NCBI GenBank assembly: GCA_963662545.2
Contig: CAXXLL010000003.1
Location: 2,624,001-2,688,000 of the forward strand
Source: Gammaproteobacteria bacterium
GTDB taxonomy: Bacteria; Pseudomonadota; Gammaproteobacteria; Ga0077536
Direction: 5' to 3'
DNA length: 64,000 nucleotides
Shown in pieces: positions 61,671 through 64,000 of the stretch. The notes under the pieces are model-generated. The model made no database searches, was not told where the DNA came from, and saw only the letters and a program-made list of their open reading frames with translations. Position numbers and translations under genes: made by a program. Every line of letters starts with the position of its first letter. The first letter of the stretch is position 1.

Positions 61671-62009
61671 TCAGGGCACCGGGCCGGGGGGGCGCGGATT
61701 CCACTCGGGGAAGCCCACCGTATCGTAGCCGTTCGGGGTCGGTACCTGACCGTAGCGTTCAATGGGAAACGATGCCTCAGTGAGCATCAGCAACAACTCG
61801 AGCAGCGTGCGATCGGACTGTGCCAAATCGTCGAGTTTCTTCGTGGCCAAATAGGCGAGCGCGCGCTCCGCGTGTTGCATCAGCTGGTCGTAGAACGACT
61901 GCAGCTCCGCCATGCTGCTTGCGTAGCGCTTCGCGTTTCTCTCAGGCCAGGTGCCGAGCGCCCAGCCCTCTTCGACCAGCGCCTCGAGCGCCGCGAAGCC
62001 GTCGGGCAA
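61671..62009 (-). CDS. Small hypothetical protein following the Rieske oxygenase
   Basis: LP.GFA.LE...WAL....R...R..SSM.EL..FYD pattern; start uncertain. Confidence 0.7.
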   Translation of the reverse strand: MPDGFAALEALVEEGWALGTWPERNAKRYASSMAELQSFYDQLMQHAERALAYLATKKLDDLAQSDRTLLELLLMLTEASFPIERYGQVPTPNGYDTVGFPEWNPRPPGPVP

Positions 62010-62040
62010 GCGCGCGGTTTCCGTTTTCTGCCCGGCCAGC

Positions 62041-63255
62041 TCAGTTCCCCTGCGTCGTAGACATCATGCGGTCCACGTGGTCATCGACCGTTTTCAGGTG
62101 ATGACGGATGCATATCTCGGAATCGCTGAGATGGATCTGGTTCACGACCGCGGTCTCGAGCCCCTTCTGCACCTGTTCGATCGCCTTTATATCCTCGATT
62201 AAGAATTCGCGCATCCACACGCGGCTGAGTTCGTTGGCAAATCGGTGGGCTGCGTTCTCAGCGGGGCGATAGTAGTTGCGGTATTCCCAGAGCGTCGTGC
62301 GGTGCGACAGCGGCCAGAAGTTGTAGGTGAAATAGGATCCACTGAAGACATCCACGAAAAAATTCGGAAAACAAATGTTGATATCGAGCGACCAGAGTTC
62401 TTCGTCCGAGGGGTTCACACCGGGGCACGCGCCGGCCCCTTCCGCGAAGGACGGCCCGTATTTGTACGAGAGTCCCTCGACCGCGCTCGGCTTGTGGTCG
62501 GGATTGTTGTACGTCGACAGCGTTCCGTGGCGTTCGCCGAGCTCGACCCAGACCGGACGGCCGAAATGGTTCTCTTTGCCGGTGATCAACGTTCCGCCGG
62601 TTTTCGGATGCACGAAGCTAAGGTGATAGACCTCGTTAAAGGCATACATCCCGGTCTTCCAGTTGGCGTTGAGCACACAGCGGTGCGAATAGTTCTCGGA
62701 CATCTCTGCAAACGGATAGTCGTCAAGCCGATCGCCGATTTCGCCTAGATATTCCCGCAGGCTCTGCGCGGGTTCGGGCATCAAGTTGATAAAGATGAAA
62801 CCATTCCAGTCGTCGACGTGGACCGCGATCAGGCCGTTGGCATCCTTGTCGACATCGTAAAACCGGCCCTCGTCCGGAACGAACTTGAGCTTACCGTCGA
62901 TCCCGTAGCTCCAGCCGTGGTTTTTGCACTTGAACGTTTGGCAGCTGCCTTGTTCGTCCCACGCGAGCTTGGTTGCGCGATGCCGGCAGACATTGTGAAA
63001 TGCCCTCAATGCGCCGTCATTCCCGCGTACGACGATGATGGACGCATTGCAGACCGCGAGATCTTTCGTAATGTAGTCCCCCGGTTCCGGGATATCCTCG
63101 ACGCGGCCGACGTTGAGCCAGCAGCGCCGGAAAACGGCGTCGCGCTCGCGCTCGAAATACGCTTCTGAGGTAAAAGCCTCCGTGCTGACCGGCCCCGTGC
63201 CAAGTTCGGGGTAATCGAGAGTCCACTTGTGCGAATACCTTTCAGGATTATTCAT
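62041..63255 (-). CDS. Rieske non-heme iron ring-hydroxylating oxygenase alpha subunit
   Basis: NVCRHR...CKNHGW Rieske ligands; NWK...NEVYH...VH and ED mononuclear iron ligands. Confidence 0.92.
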   Translation of the reverse strand: MNNPERYSHKWTLDYPELGTGPVSTEAFTSEAYFERERDAVFRRCWLNVGRVEDIPEPGDYITKDLAVCNASIIVVRGNDGALRAFHNVCRHRATKLAWDEQGSCQTFKCKNHGWSYGIDGKLKFVPDEGRFYDVDKDANGLIAVHVDDWNGFIFINLMPEPAQSLREYLGEIGDRLDDYPFAEMSENYSHRCVLNANWKTGMYAFNEVYHLSFVHPKTGGTLITGKENHFGRPVWVELGERHGTLSTYNNPDHKPSAVEGLSYKYGPSFAEGAGACPGVNPSDEELWSLDINICFPNFFVDVFSGSYFTYNFWPLSHRTTLWEYRNYYRPAENAAHRFANELSRVWMREFLIEDIKAIEQVQKGLETAVVNQIHLSDSEICIRHHLKTVDDHVDRMMSTTQGN

Positions 63256-63813
63256 GCCGTTTAAGGGTCGGTTTGATGGAGCGTAGATGGTATCGCGAGC
63301 ACGGACTGCTCCGCAACGGTCAGGAATGCGACGCGATTGACCGAGCGCGCATCTGACCCGGCGCGTCTCGGCTTCCAGCGTAACGGATTCGTGTTGCCTC
63401 GTGTGCGCGGGAATCGAATAAAGATACATTTCATGCGGGCAGATTCGAATCGAATGGAACCAACTGTAAGACAGAGTCGGAATATGTAGGCGGAGGTTGG
63501 CAGTTCAAATATAACGCGGAAATCCAATGCCAACGCTCAACGCGCTAAACTCGGCCGAGACCGAGCGTCTGGGCGACTCAAACTCGGCCTTCGCCATATT
63601 TATGCCGTCGCTTAAGAACTAACCTATGAAAGGAGATTCGACATAGCGCGTTCAAAAAAAACATTAACTAAAATCGTTTTCTATGAACCCGAAAATGATG
63701 CGGAGTTCTACAAATTATGCGGTGGGGGCATTAGCTTCCCCGCAGCAGAATCCGAATCCACCGAATACAGGGTTTATACTTCACTATACGCACTGGAACC
63801 AGGAGGATTTGCG

Positions 63814-64000
63814 ATGAACTACGTCCCTGCAAAACAAGAAGTCCAGCTCAACTATCCCAAGTACAAGACCCATTTCTCGGAGTTCATTGGGGTCGGCGCC
63901 AACGGCAACCTGTGGGTCGACGGCTGCGATTGCGAGGAGCTTGCAGAAAAGTTCGGAACGCCGCTTTTCGTGCTTAGCGAAGGCCAGTTCCGCCACAACT
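63814..64000 (+). CDS. Diaminopimelate decarboxylase-like (fold III PLP) enzyme, partial at the window edge
   Basis: AGGAGG RBS; GNLWVDG...ELAEKFGTPLFVLSE..FRHN. Confidence 0.7.
   Translation, partial: MNYVPAKQEVQLNYPKYKTHFSEFIGVGANGNLWVDGCDCEELAEKFGTPLFVLSEGQFRHN

Overview
GC-rich bacterial chromosome segment, probably from a marine gammaproteobacterium (inferred from gene content). Ordinary genes lie at 0.3-6.2 kb: DUF47 + PiT phosphate transporter, RidA, a TPP enzyme, an HCCA isomerase and a hemerythrin. More lie at 55.6-64 kb: TPR-TonB, MMPL/RND, serine hydrolase, Rieske oxygenase and a LysA-like 5' end. Between them is an ~49-kb decayed genomic island (about 6.2-55.2 kb), bounded by matching integrase arm-type-like motifs. 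It opens with a phage-satellite-like module: integrase, DUF932, Xis/AlpA, frameshifted primase, ATPase/helicase. The rest is a mosaic of IS elements (IS66 nested in IS6, a passenger-carrying IS1595, two IS3-type, two IS21 bracketing a 15-kb metabolic cargo, an IS4 fragment) and truncated defence or phage genes (HsdS, an IetS/Y4bN-like S8 protease, terminase). Best leads: (1) an intact IS1595 carrying a coupled DUF5678-like + retropepsin-like aspartyl protease module; (2) a ~180-bp non-coding direct repeat, copies 32.8 kb apart, containing an 11-6-11 tyrosine-recombinase-like site; (3) an IS-created chimeric S8 protease ORF; (4) iteron-bearing relics of additional satellite copies. No rRNA, intact tRNA or CRISPR array was seen. 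All family assignments come from motif recognition by eye, not database searches.
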